A stretch of 64,000 nt of DNA from assembly GCA_015680685.1 (NCBI GenBank), contig MNCI01002119.1, positions 400,923-464,922 of the forward strand. Reading direction: 5' to 3'. Of this stretch, positions 48,747-61,013 are shown piece after piece. Made by a program: the position numbers and the translations under genes. The notes below the pieces were generated by a model that was given only the letters and a program-made list of their open reading frames with translations, was not told the DNA's origin and searched no databases. The stretch comes from Gnetum montanum (Eukaryota; Plantae; Gnetophyta). Each line of letters begins with the position of its first letter. Positions within the stretch are counted from its first letter, which is position 1.

Positions 48747-51700
48747 GCGACCAAAAACATTGATGGCTGGAATACCGAGAGGTTGTTGGGTGAACATTTT
48801 AACCCCGAATCTATGCGAGGGCCATGTTGGAGAAGACAAAAGTGGGGTTCCTTGAATGGTCTGGTCGATTAGATAGGGACTTAATTGGTGTATCTTAACC
48901 TTACGTAAACATTCATTCTGAAAGTGAAACGTGTAAGATAAATTGATGATTAATAAATGTAAAACAACGAAGATAATGCAAAATAATAGTTTTAATGAGA
49001 AGATAGCAAAACAAACTTGGGTGAGAAAATGCACTGCCCCAAAGTCACAGATTTGATTCTTTGCCTTATTTGAAAAGGGTGTACAATAGGTTATATTACA
49101 TCCAATAGACACTGCTTACACCGAGTGGTATAGTCATAGTTCTTCTACTCACTGATCAATTTTCTAGGATGTTAAAATGCTTGACTCACAAAGGAATGTT
49201 TGGAGCCAACCATAGAGCTCAAAGATAACTAGAATGCTCAAGAAAAATGCCAAGTATGCTTTCTAAAAGCTAGCTCAAAAGCCAACCAGCCAATGCGAAA
49301 AGCCAACAAGCCAACTACTCTTGTTAATGCCAAAAAAGTTAATGCAAATGCCAACCCTTTAAGCATTATCTGCCAGGGTATTTATAGGGCTAGGAGAGGG
49401 AGAGAAATATTGTCTGGGTGCCACATGTCCTGGACCCCACAAGATGCTGACATGTCCATACCATGTAGATATGCAATACTGGACGTGAACTTTGGTACAC
49501 TATGACTATACCATCGGGACTACACATGTCAAGATCCAGTGTGCTAATGGTGCAAGTAAAATGGATGTTATGCTTCGGGACTACGTCTTCCTTGGCTTCA
49601 AAAGCAAGGTTAAGCGTAGGAACAATGTTTTGGGAGCTGACTGGGGGGCATGCAAAACAAAGTGGAACTACTGATTCTGCCAAGGTGATGCCAAAGTGAG
49701 GAAGATTGTTGTCACCAAGTTATAGAGGTACCTAAAGATGTCTTGCTACTTGTGTATTAGTGTTGTACTAATCATGCTATTGAACACATTGATGTAGCAT
49801 AAGTGGCTACTTGTTACAATGTGCTACGCTATGTAGCGTAGCCACTACTATTGACTAAAATTTATGTTGGAGCCATAGAGCATTTTTTTGTAACTTTTTT
49901 CCTTTATGCGGGAGAGCTTTTGAATTCATGGAACTCATTTCTAAAACATTTCCTACTTTTGCATCATTGCTACGCTGTGCTATGTTATGTAGCGTAGCAT
50001 AGCATAGTGGCTAGCATATCCTGCTTCCTCGTTTAATTCACCAATTTCTAGCAAGAAACTTTGCTTGAGACTTGTGGATCAAGTGGGATGAAGAGTTTTG
50101 GAGGCCAAAGTCTTGTTAAGGTGCCATTTTCCTATTGGAATCACTTAGCAAGATGGACCTTTCGACTTTGCTTTTTCTATGTTGTGCTACGCTACAGAGC
50201 GTAGCATAGCATAGAACCTTACGTTGACTAAATCCTGCCTTGTCTTCACAATTACTTTGTTACTTCACACTTGGACACTTGAGAAACTATTTTTTCAAGG
50301 CTTTCTATGCTGCATAGTGTAGCATATCATAGCAGACTTCTTTACTAGAAAAATTGCTAAACTATTTTTCTCATCCCAAACACTTTCAACAACTCCTAGC
50401 CTAGTTTCTGCATACATTGTCAACCAAGTCGATTGTCCAATTGGGCATACTGGAGAGTCTGGCAAGCCTATCAACCTTGGAGGTAGAAAACTTGCTGGAC
50501 TAGACAGTGTACCCTTAGCATGAGCCATCATGATGCTACACTTGTGGAAATCCTTGCCTAAATTTCAAGACTCTATTGAAGCATGAGAGTCCTGAAATTT
50601 TATGGTATTTCACTGGCCCCTCTTTGTCGATGTCTGGAGGATTAGCCAAATAGATGTCGACAAAGAATACGAAACACCATGAAGGACAAGATACCAACAT
50701 TTCTCTTCTATAGTTTCTCAGATGTTGCTTTACTGTGCTTGGGAGTACTAGCATAGCTGTGTAGGAAAAAAAGGAGGAAAAGGGTGGATTTGAAGGGACA
50801 GGTTCAGGAGAAGGAAAGATGAATTGTTGTGCGATCCCTCGTCGGAATGATTATGAGGGAATTAGCACACGTGGGTATCTTTCTTCGGTTGGGTTCTGTC
50901 CTCTCATTGGGATGCTTAGAGATGGTCATTGTAAGACAACTGGTGTGCCACTTGTTTTGTACATACGCTTTTTCTCTTCTTCTTCATTTCGAGCTCTCAT
51001 TTTTTTTAGCTCTGTTACACTTGTGCGCTTTTCTTTTGTTGCTTAGCCATATTCATTTGCAAACAACCTTGTTGTTGTAGGATAGGTGTTTCCTCCTTGG
51101 GATGAATTATGTTACATCCATGTAGGGCTTTGACTTTCCTACAGATTCTTCCCATGTGGCGAGTTGCGTTATGCACGTCATGGACTTTGTGGTTGAGCAT
51201 ATGGGAGGGCTTTACATGCATCGAGAAAGATAGTAAATGAGGTGTAAAAGGGGAAAATGTGGGTGTAAGAAGAAAAATGATGAAGGGTAATGAGGAAGGG
51301 TAAGATGTGCACTCCCAAGTAGCTTAGCTAGTCAGAGCGATCACTTCGGAATGTTGCAGTGTCCTGTCCTCCTAGTGAAACACATCTCTGACCGACGCTA
51401 TCTCAGCTCATACCCTGTAGGCACAATAGAAAGCAGACCAAAGAAATGTAACCATGAAGTGCAGTTAGGCAAAGGTCTTACTTGCTTTAGACATCACCAA
51501 AGTGGTATGCATTTGGTGATGTCCAAAGTAGGAAGGCCAGTAGTAGTCTTGATAGCGGCACATTGAAGAGGCTAGCACCGAACGGGCTAGGTGTTGCGAC
51601 GATGCGAGTGCTCAAGAGTCGCTGCCCAAGGCAAAAATCATGTATTTCAGCTGTAAGTAGAGAGTCTTAATAGTTGAATGTCTGTTGAGCTCAAACTATG

Positions 51701-52019
51701 GTGGGGGCTAGAGAATAGCAACTTTGTGGCTGGACCATAAATGTGCTAGGACTCCAGTAGCAAGTGCTGACACCATAAGCTATCGTCGGGGCGATGGGTT
51801 GCGGTGGCAGTAGCTCCGAAAGGTCAGCAAGATGTCCAATGATATCTCCAAAGGATTAGCAAGATGTCAAGGGCAATGGCATAGCATATGTTCTAGAGGA
51901 TATTCTCTTGTCATCGTGAACTGCGTTCTGGAACTACCATGTCCCATACCACATCGAAATTGTACACGCTCACTTGTTTGAGTGATGGTGGATACAAATT
52001 CAGAACATTGTGTCATGAA

Positions 52020-52392
52020 CCCAATTTAAGATCCTAGTAGAAAATCTAATGTACTGGTTTAAGGTCCCAGTAGACCATTGTGCTAGTTTAAGGTCCCAGT
52101 AAACTATTGTGCAAGTTTCAGGTCCTAGCAAATCGTTGTGCTAGTTTATCATCATAGCAGATGATGGATGGGCTAGTTTAAGATCATCGTGGACCTTCTG
52201 TGCTAGTTTAACATCATAGTAGATGTTTTATGCTAGTTTATAGTCATGGTAGACTATTTGTACCAGTTTACAGTCATTGTGCCAGTTTATAGTCATGGCA
52301 GACTATTTGTACCAATTTACAGTCATGGCAAATCATGGATGTCAATTTATAGTCGTAGCGGACTATGGGTGCCAATTTACAGTTGTAGTGGA
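52020..52392 (-). repeat. TAAACTRGC tandem array downstream of pol in E
   Basis: Repeated tgctagtttaaggtc/tttatagtc units on + strand. Confidence 0.85.
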
Positions 52393-52416
52393 CAAGTTTC
52401 CTACCTTGATTCTATG

Positions 52417-53617
52417 TTAAATGTAGTATAGCTTCAAGTATAAATGGTTCATAGGATCTACAAACTCCTTGCCATCCATGTCTGCTAGCTTGAAGGCTCC
52501 ATTCTCATAGGCTTTTGTTACTACAAATGGACCTTCCTAGTTTGTCGAAAACTTGTCTACACGTTCACGCACAGCTTTGAGGACTAGGTCCCCATTTTTA
52601 ATCGACTGTCAATGTAGGTTTTCATGATCATTTTTCCATTGTTTTTCCTAATACCATTCGATATGGCTCAGTGTTTGTGCACGCTCTTCCTCTAGGGAGT
52701 CCAGATCGATGATCCTTGACTCATTGTTTTGTGCTTCATTTACGACACTCGAAAGGATCATCTGTAGTGATGGTACCTAAAATTTAAGAGGTAAGACTAC
52801 TTCAAATCTGTAAACTAGACTATAGGGGGTCTTACCTGTAGCCATCCTACACATCATACAATAGGCCAATAGCACATAGAGGATTTTCTCGTGCCACTGC
52901 CTCTTGTTGTTGCTAAGCATTCTCTTAAGCAAGTTGATGATGACCTTGTTCATTGCTTCTGCCTAACCATTATCCTATGGGTAATATGATGATGAGAAAG
53001 ACTACTTAATTCCAAGGTTGCTACAAAAGGTTCTAGTTTCTGCACTACTAAACTATGGCCCATTGTCCGTCACAATAGTCATGGGAAGACCAACCCTTGT
53101 TACGATGTTATCCAAGATGAAGTGGCAAACCTATTGAGACGTAGTTTAACTAAGGGGAATAACCTCTGCCCACTTCATAAAGTACTCAAAGGTTGTAATG
53201 ATGAAGCTATGCCCTATGGAAGACTTAGGTGTTATGGATCCTATGATATCTAGTCCTCATCATTGGAATGGCCACATGATCTATGTAGGGTGCAACTCAT
53301 TAGGTGATACATGTATAAGATTTGCGTGGCATTGGCATGTGTCACACATCTTGACTTTAGTGAAGCAATCCCATTCCATGCAAGGCTAGTAATACCCTAG
53401 GCATCTAATCTTAGCTGTCATACCCTTGGGAGCTATGTGTCCTCCACATAGTCCTTCATAAAATTTGCTAATGATTTTTTGTGCTTCCTCCCCACCAATG
53501 CAAGTTAACACTATTCCATCAAAGGAGCGTTTACACAAGGTGTTATCTCCTATGAGGACATACTATTGTGCTTGCTTTCGAATTACATCCCTTTGGTAGA
53601 TGTCAAACCATGTGGGG
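52417..53617 (-). pseudogene. pol: Integrase part of pol of element E
   Basis: Reverse-strand homologue of A ~1670-2842 (EGLCGGH, IVTDNGP, KAYENGAFKLADMDG). Confidence 0.9.
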
Positions 53618-55341
53618 TGTAGCAACCAAAAATGTCAGCAGCTGGAAGAACGCCGGGGTCGGCGAATGCAACAATTCCAACCCCGTGCCCGTAGGAGGGT
53701 GGTGCTGGGTGTGTGCGAACATGGGGTGCCCTGAATGGTCTGGTCGATCAGACAGGGACTTACATTGGCATCAATATAGCCTTTTGCAATATAAATCATA
53801 CAAATTGCGAGATAGTGTTTACGGGTAGATACAGCAAAAAAAAAGGAATCTGTAAAAATGCAATAGTAATGCAGAGTATTAAACAAAGTAGAGAGGCGAT
53901 GGTAATAAGAAGTGATGCTGAACAAGAGAAACGTAAATGCAATAGTAATACGAGATGATGTTTGAAAGTAAATAAGACAAAAAATAATGCAAGAAAGCTA
54001 GATAGTAAATGAGAGGTAAAGTAAAATATGGTTAGAAACATGCACCGCTTCAAAGTTACAAATTAGTCCTGTCAGGGCAGATACAATTAGCTGCACAGCG
54101 TGACGGAGTGCAGAAGTTCCAAGGGTAACCGAAGCGTGCTGGGAAGCAGAAAGAGCTATGCGCTTGGGCACGGACATCACATACAAACAATGCGAGATTC
54201 TATCAAGGTGTTAGAACGAAGATCGGGACCTTACACCAGCTGGAAGAGGTTCTAGATTACTGGCCTTTTTTTTCTTTTTGCCAAATCGCAGGTATCTTTT
54301 TCTTTTTTTTTATAGCCAAGAAATTTTTTTGGACCTTTTGTATGTTGTTTTCCGTGATATTTATAGGGATGAAGGTAAGCAAAAGAGGTTTTTTGAATAC
54401 TACATGTCGCAAACTTATGCTACCTCACTGATGTTACTTGAGCCATCTGTGATCGTTGGGCTTATATGACCATTGCGATGCGAGCCTGTCATGCAATAAC
54501 TGCGATCCTACTACGTCGCAACTGTACCATCAACTCCTAGAGACATGTGCCAATGGTACAATTGGGTGGAGTGCATTAATGTCACACGACCACCTACATG
54601 CCGCACTGTGCTTTGTGACGTGACTTTCTTGGCATGGCGTAGCATCTTGCCACACATCCTACCATATGTCACGTACTTACTATGCGATGCTACACTACAT
54701 AGCGTAGCGTAGCATAGCGATTGGCCTCAATCACAATAGTTTTGCTGATTTGCAACTCATTCTCCTCTGATGCAAGTTTTGTGAACTTTGCTGATTTCAC
54801 CTTTCGAACTATCTTCTATCCCTTTCGTAGGATTGCTAAGCCTTGCTGCGCCATATAGCTCAGTGTAGCATAGCAGCAGACATGGTCTATCGCTTCCTAG
54901 CAAAAATAGATATTACTGTAGACCTCGAAGTCGGGTGAGGGGAGTGGGTAGTGGAGTCGTTGCTATGCTACGCTGTGTGACATTGCGTAGCGTAACATTT
55001 CATTCAGCCATTTTTTTCTGAAGCTTGCTACGCTACATATCGTAACATAGCATAGTAGGCTTCGTGACTTAGAAAACTTGCCAAACTACTTTTTTGTGCA
55101 CCCAGGATATAGTCGCTAATTCTGCACACCATTTCTAAGTAGGCTGCCGGTTGTTCAGGCTACTTTGATGGGCAGGCAGGATGGTATAGGGCCTAGCCAT
55201 GCTCAAAGTAGAAAATTTCCCGAACTGGCCATCCTAGACTCAGAACATTCTTCTTCCAATGAACTGCAACAGTGCTGTGCGGACTGTAAGAGCCTGATGA
55301 GGCCAGGATGACCCCGCATTTCTATTTTTTTGGGTGTTTCA
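53618..55341 (-). repeat. 3' LTR of element G
   Basis: Termini match the family consensus; TATA ~54358-54365; PPT adjacent. Confidence 0.85.
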
Positions 55342-56349
55342 TTGGCCCCTATTTATCGACGTCTAGAGAACAAGCTCGATGGACATTGGCAAAGAATACA
55401 AAACACCGTAGTAGACGAAATGCTGAGGCTGTCGCTTAGTGAGTATTGGGACATCGCTTGGTCATGCTTGACGGTGTTGCATTGGTTTTGTGGAGGTTAA
55501 GGCAGAGAGCAGAGATAATGTTTAGCCGAGTCCCTCGTCGGAGTGCTTTGAGGGGCTCGTTTGCATTTTCATCTCTAGTTGGCATTGTTCTTCAACCTCC
55601 TATAGGCAGGTGTCCCCTCCACAGGATGAGCTATATTACATCCATGGAGGATTCTGACATGCCTATTGAAGCCTTTTGCACAGTGAGCTATGTTATGCGC
55701 GTGTCGAAATTTGCACTCTCAAACAACTATGTTAGTCGAGGCACTCACTTTGCGATGCTATAGCCTTTATTGCTGTAGGGGGATGCGTCTGCGGGGATGA
55801 TGTCTTGCGGGCTGCTAGCATTGTTGTTACTCTTGGGCACCGTCACTGGTGTGAGATGCCCAAAGTAGGGAGGGAAGCAATGGTCTTGGCAGCACCAGTT
55901 GCGGGGGGAGCTGGTCCACAGGGCACCAGGGGCACGGATGCACTGGAATCCCCGCCAAAGGAATGCATGCTGAGTTCAGCTATGAGATCAGCTACCACAT
56001 AGCTGAACATTGCATGAGCCGAAACCTTGGCGGGGAACTGAAGCGCAACAATATTGTGGCTAGGCAACAATATTGTCAGCACCTTAGAAGTAGGAACGGG
56101 CCCGAGAACTACCATTAGGGTGATGGGTCGTGGCGACGGTAAGTTCGAAGGGCCCATGTGACATCGTATGATGTCTTTGAAGGGTCAGCATGACACTGAA
56201 GGTGGTGGTGCATATGCCCTGAACCGTGTTCTCCTTACGTCGAGAACTACGTCCTGGAGTGGCGATGTCCCATTCATGTGTCGGTATCATGGCTCTTCGT
56301 TCGACATGTATCTGGTGGTGGTGGTGCATATTGAGGACGTGACATGAAC

Positions 56350-56622
56350 CCAGTTTAAGGTCTTGGTAGACCGTGTGCTAGTTTAGGGTCCCAATGGATA
56401 GCTGTGCTAGTTTGAGGTCCCAGCAGACTGTACACACTATTTTTACATCATGGCGGCAACGCGATGCCATTTTATAGTCATAGTGGACTAACAGTGCCAG
56501 TTTTACATCGTGATGGACAGTTGCTGCTAGTTTATCATCGTAGCGGACACTGTTCGATGCTGCTAGTTTATCATCATCGTGGACGCTTTCTGGTGCAAAT
56601 GCCAGTTTATCGTTGTAGTGGA
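56350..56622 (-). repeat. TAAACTRGC array downstream of pol in G
   Basis: Repeated gctagttt units on + strand. Confidence 0.8.
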
Positions 56623-56647
56623 TGGTACTTGGTGCTGCTATTGTGCC

Positions 56648-59600
56648 TTAGACATAGTACAGCTTGAGGTACATGTGGTTCACTGGGTTGGCAAACTTGT
56701 TGCCGTCCATATCTTCCAGTTTGAAGGCTCCATTCCTGAAGTTTTTAGCGACCATGTAAGGACCTTCCCAGTTTGCTGAGAACTTACTTACGTGCTCATA
56801 GAAGACCTTGAGGATGAGGTCTCCCTTCTACACTGGCCGTCGATGCAGGTCTACATGGTCCTTTTGTTGTTGTTTGTTCTGATAGTGCTCGATCCATCTC
56901 AGTTTCTGCATGCATTCCTCCTCCACTAAGTCGAGGTCAATGGTTCGTGATTCATTGTTCTGGGCTTCGCTCATGATGTTGGACAGGATCATCCAAAGTG
57001 AGGGTACCTGCAACTCAAGAGGCAACATAGCTTCAGATCCATAAACGAGACTGTAAGGGGTCTTACTTGTCGCAGTTCTGCAAGTCGTTCGATAGGCCTA
57101 GAGGATGTAGAGTATTTGCTCGTGCCATCGCCTCTTGCTATTGTTAAGCATTTGCTTTAGCAAGTTGATGATGGACTTATTTGTAGCCTCCTCCTGCCCA
57201 TTTTCTTGTGGATAGTAAGGGGAAGAAAATTATTGTTTAATGCCTAGGTTGCTATAGAAGGCCCAGGTTTCCTTACCGTTGAACTATGGTCCATTATTGG
57301 TCACAATAGTCATCGGAAGCCCAAACCTAGTCACAATGTTATCGAGGATGAAGTGGCAGATTTGCTGGGATGTCGTTTTCCTCAGGGGAATAGCTTCCAC
57401 CAACTTAGTAAAATACTTTGTGGTAGTGATGATGAAGCTATGCCTTGTGGAGGACTTAGGTGTGATGGGCCCTATGAGGTCTAGTCCCCATCATTGGAAA
57501 GGCCACGTAATTTGTGTTGGGTGTAGGTCTGTAGGTGCTATGTGTATGAGATTTTCATATCTCTAGCATGTGTCACACATCTTGACTTTCGACAGGTAGT
57601 CACGCTACATGTAGGGCCAATAATATCCTAGGCGTCTAATTTTTGCTGCCATAGCCCTAGGTGCTATGTGTCCACCACACAACCCTTCATGAACTTCATT
57701 AACTACCTTCTGTGCATGCTCACCACCCACGCATGCCAGCAATATCCCATCATAGGATCGCCGACACAAGGAATTATTTCCCATGAGTACATATTTTCGG
57801 GCGTGCTTGTGGATTGCATCTCTCTGAGCTGATGTCAATCCACTTGGGGGTTCACCATGCTGTAAATATGCTTTAATGTTATCATACCAGTCCAAGGTGT
57901 CTGCAATGCCAACAGACGCCACGTGTTCCACTCGAGTGATAGGTTATACGCATTCTATGATCGTAGTTAGCAGGTTTTCCAAGGAATGCGATGGGATGTT
58001 TAACGCGAGGGTAGCTAAGGTATCTGCTACGGTGTTCTCGTTGCGTGGCACATGTTGCACATCAATGGTCATAAATTGTTTTAGTAAAACTTTTGCTAGG
58101 TCATAGTAGGGTTGCAGATGCGTAGCCTTGCAGGCGTAGACTTCGGTGATTTGGTTCACGGCTAGTTGTGAATCTCCCTGGATCACCAGGTATTGTACAT
58201 GCAGCGCGTAGCCAGTTAAGAGGCCTCTAAGGAGCCCCTCATATTCTGCCACGTTGTTGGTGCACGAGAATGCAAAGCGATAAGTGGATGGGTACATTTC
58301 CCCAGAGTGGAATGTGATTGTGGTAGTGACGCTACCTCCTCACGTGGTTGAGGTGCCGTCGAAATGTAAGGTTCCCTTGAAATGCGGTGGGACAATGACG
58401 ACATTGCTAACGTATTCATCTGGGAACTCGGGATCGATGGTTGCTTGGTCGTCGATTGGCAAGGCCGTAAGTTGGGTCACTATGGCTTGGTCCTTTGTCG
58501 ACGATTGGCTTAAATAGCGTAGGTCAAATTCTGCAGTTATGACCTTCCATTGAGCTATCCTGCTGCTTTCGTATAGGTTGCCGGTGATAGCCCGAAGTAC
58601 ATTACTTTTGCAAATAATGTTGGTTGTGCTGTGGAATAGGTAGTGCCACCACTTTTTTAGCATGAATACTAAGGCTAGGCAGTTCCTCTCCACCTTGTTG
58701 TAATTTTCCTCGTATGATATTAACATGTGGCTCAAGTAATACACTAGTATCTTAGAGCCATCATCCTGCTTCTAACATAGTAGTGCCGCTATGGATGCGT
58801 TGGAGGTGGCAAGGTATATGAAGAAAGGCTTGTCCCTCTACGGCAGGTACACTATTGGGAGGTGCGAGAGCTCTTTCTTCAGGTTATCGAAGGCTTGTTG
58901 ACATTGGGCTATCCACTTGAAGCCAACCCCCTTTCTCAAAAGATGTTGCATGGGGTGTAACTTATCAGTCAACCTTTCTATAAACCTTCGAATGAATTAC
59001 ACTCTACCTTGTAAACCACGTAAATCCTTAAGGTTTGTGGAAGGCGCTAGGTTGAAGATGGCTTTGACTTTGTCTGGGTCCACTCGTATTCCAGCCTCCG
59101 ATACTATAAACCCTAACATGCGTTTGGTCTTTACTCTGAAGAAGAACTTCTTAGGATTAAGATGCAAATCGTGCCTTTGACAGCACTTGAGGACTAACTC
59201 TAGATCGCGCGGGTGATGGACTACCTCTTTGGACTCAACCGCTATATCGTCCACGTAATCGTTTAATGTTTCTAGGATGTAGTTACTAAAAATGTAGGTC
59301 ATGGCTCGCTGGTATGTCGTTCCAGAATTCTTGATCCCGAAGGGCATCATGGTATAGCAGAAGGTTCCCCATGGAGTCATGAAGGTTGTTGACAGCTAGT
59401 GTTCTGGGTTGATGCAGATTTGGTTGTATCTGGAGAAGCCATCCATGAAGGATAGCAAAGCATGTCCAGCTATGGTGTCAATGAGTTGATCGATGCTCGA
59501 TAGTGGAAAGTTGTCCTTGATTGTTGCCTTGTTCAAATCTCAAAAATCTATACATATTCGTATCCCTCCTATTTTCTTCGATACCACAACGATGTTGGAC

Positions 59601-60118
59601 ACCCACTCTGAATAGTCGACTGCACGGATGAAACCTGCTCAGTATAACTTAGTGATTTCATCCTTTACGGCTAGCATGATTTCTAGCTTGATTTTACACG
59701 CCTTTTGCTTAACTGCCCTTACGTGGGGGTCTAGGACGATGTTATGCTGAATCAGCCATGGATCTAGACCCGGCATATCAATGTACGACCATACGAAGAC
59801 ATCGATTTGCTCTTGCAAGGTTTTAACTATGCCCTCATGTATTTGTGCGTTAAGGAGGGTGCTAAGTTTTAATGTCTTTACCTCCCTTCTTGTTGTGGTT
59901 ACGGGTATCTCGACAAGAGGATCCTCGGTTACATCCCCGGCCTCTAAATCCAGGGCATGGACTAGGTGTCTGGGCAAATCCGGGGGTGCTTCTAAGGTCA
60001 CTATAGTATTAATCGCAATCGACCCCCAATTGATCGCGTTGGGGTTTAACTATCTTGTGAGCTTACCTTGTGGCCCTATTAATATTAGAGGCATGGACAG
60101 GGCATGGTGGGCTTCCAT
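56648..60118 (-). pseudogene. pol: Degenerate pol of element G (RT-RH-aRH-INT)
   Basis: VFVWSYIDMPG, LNDYVDDI, CTNNVAEYEGLL..GDSQL, VHEGLCGGH. Confidence 0.93.
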
Positions 60119-60853
60119 CTCTTGCTTGACCTACCATCATAAGATGAGAGCTTGGGTAAGGGTCATCAGAGATTGTGTGAAACGTAAATCTGCAAACGTA
60201 AATCTGCAACTTGCTAAATAAGGCGATGTAAAGATTGAGAGTTCGCTAGTTTAAAGTCGTGGCAGACCACCAAGGCACAAGAATCTAGAATTATTTGAAG
60301 ATTTAAACATCGTTCATGTAAAGTGCAAAGTTGTATCACTGTTGATATATGAATGCCAAACCACTAGTTTAATGTCATTTTGGACCTCCATACTGTGATA
60401 TGCAAAGTCTTAATATGCTAAATAATGATGAAAAAAATGAAATTGCGAGTACAAGATGTATTGGGTGGCCAATGCAGGAATGAAGGCATGAAACTGTTAG
60501 GAAATATGCTACCGCCTATGTCGAGGCGCGCTAGGTGACTACTAATGTAAGAAGCGTAACTAGTTTAACGTCACTACAGACTGCGATCGTTACGAGTCGA
60601 AATTGCTGCCTTTGAGTCCTAAGGAGCGTAATCATGCCGGGTTTGTTAGTTTAAGGTCTTTTTGAACATTTAATCGAAAACAAATATTATCATATTATTT
60701 TTGTTTTCGAGAAGGCAAGTAACTAACTTGAAGCATGCCGAGGTTTAAATGCTAATAGTTTTGTGATGTCGTGGTGAGCATGCTACATCGCATGCCATGC
60801 CCCGCCTTAATCGGCGAGAGAGAAGGAAAGTTTCCTGATTTTGCTATTACTGC

Positions 60854-60863
60854 TATAAATAGG
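60854..60863 (+). promoter_or_regulatory. TATA box of the antisense gene in G
   Basis: CTATAAATAG about 150 bp upstream of the MAPK ATG at 61014. Confidence 0.6.
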
Positions 60864-61013
60864 GATTGAATCCTGGTAATTTCACCATTTTCGCCCAAAA
60901 AGCACATAATCCTTGTCGGAGCACTTCGGCAATCTCGGGGTGTGGAGTCACTGTGTTAATCCATTATCGAGGTGAATTTCTAAGACAATGGTCATAAATC
61001 TGCAAGCAAGGCT

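Larger units (their letters stand above)
48747..53617 (-). mobile_element. Element E: 3' LTR (31147-31155 joined to 48752-50612), PPT, 3' region and integrase; interrupted by F and G
   Basis: Removing F restores TGTAGCGACCAAAAACATTGATGG; LTR and 3' region homologous to A; PPT complement ~50616-50625. Confidence 0.88.

Noticed and set aside
55285-55320. CTGATGA hammerhead ribozyme core in LTR G
   Set aside because: No matching GAAA core or flanking stems, and not conserved in other LTRs
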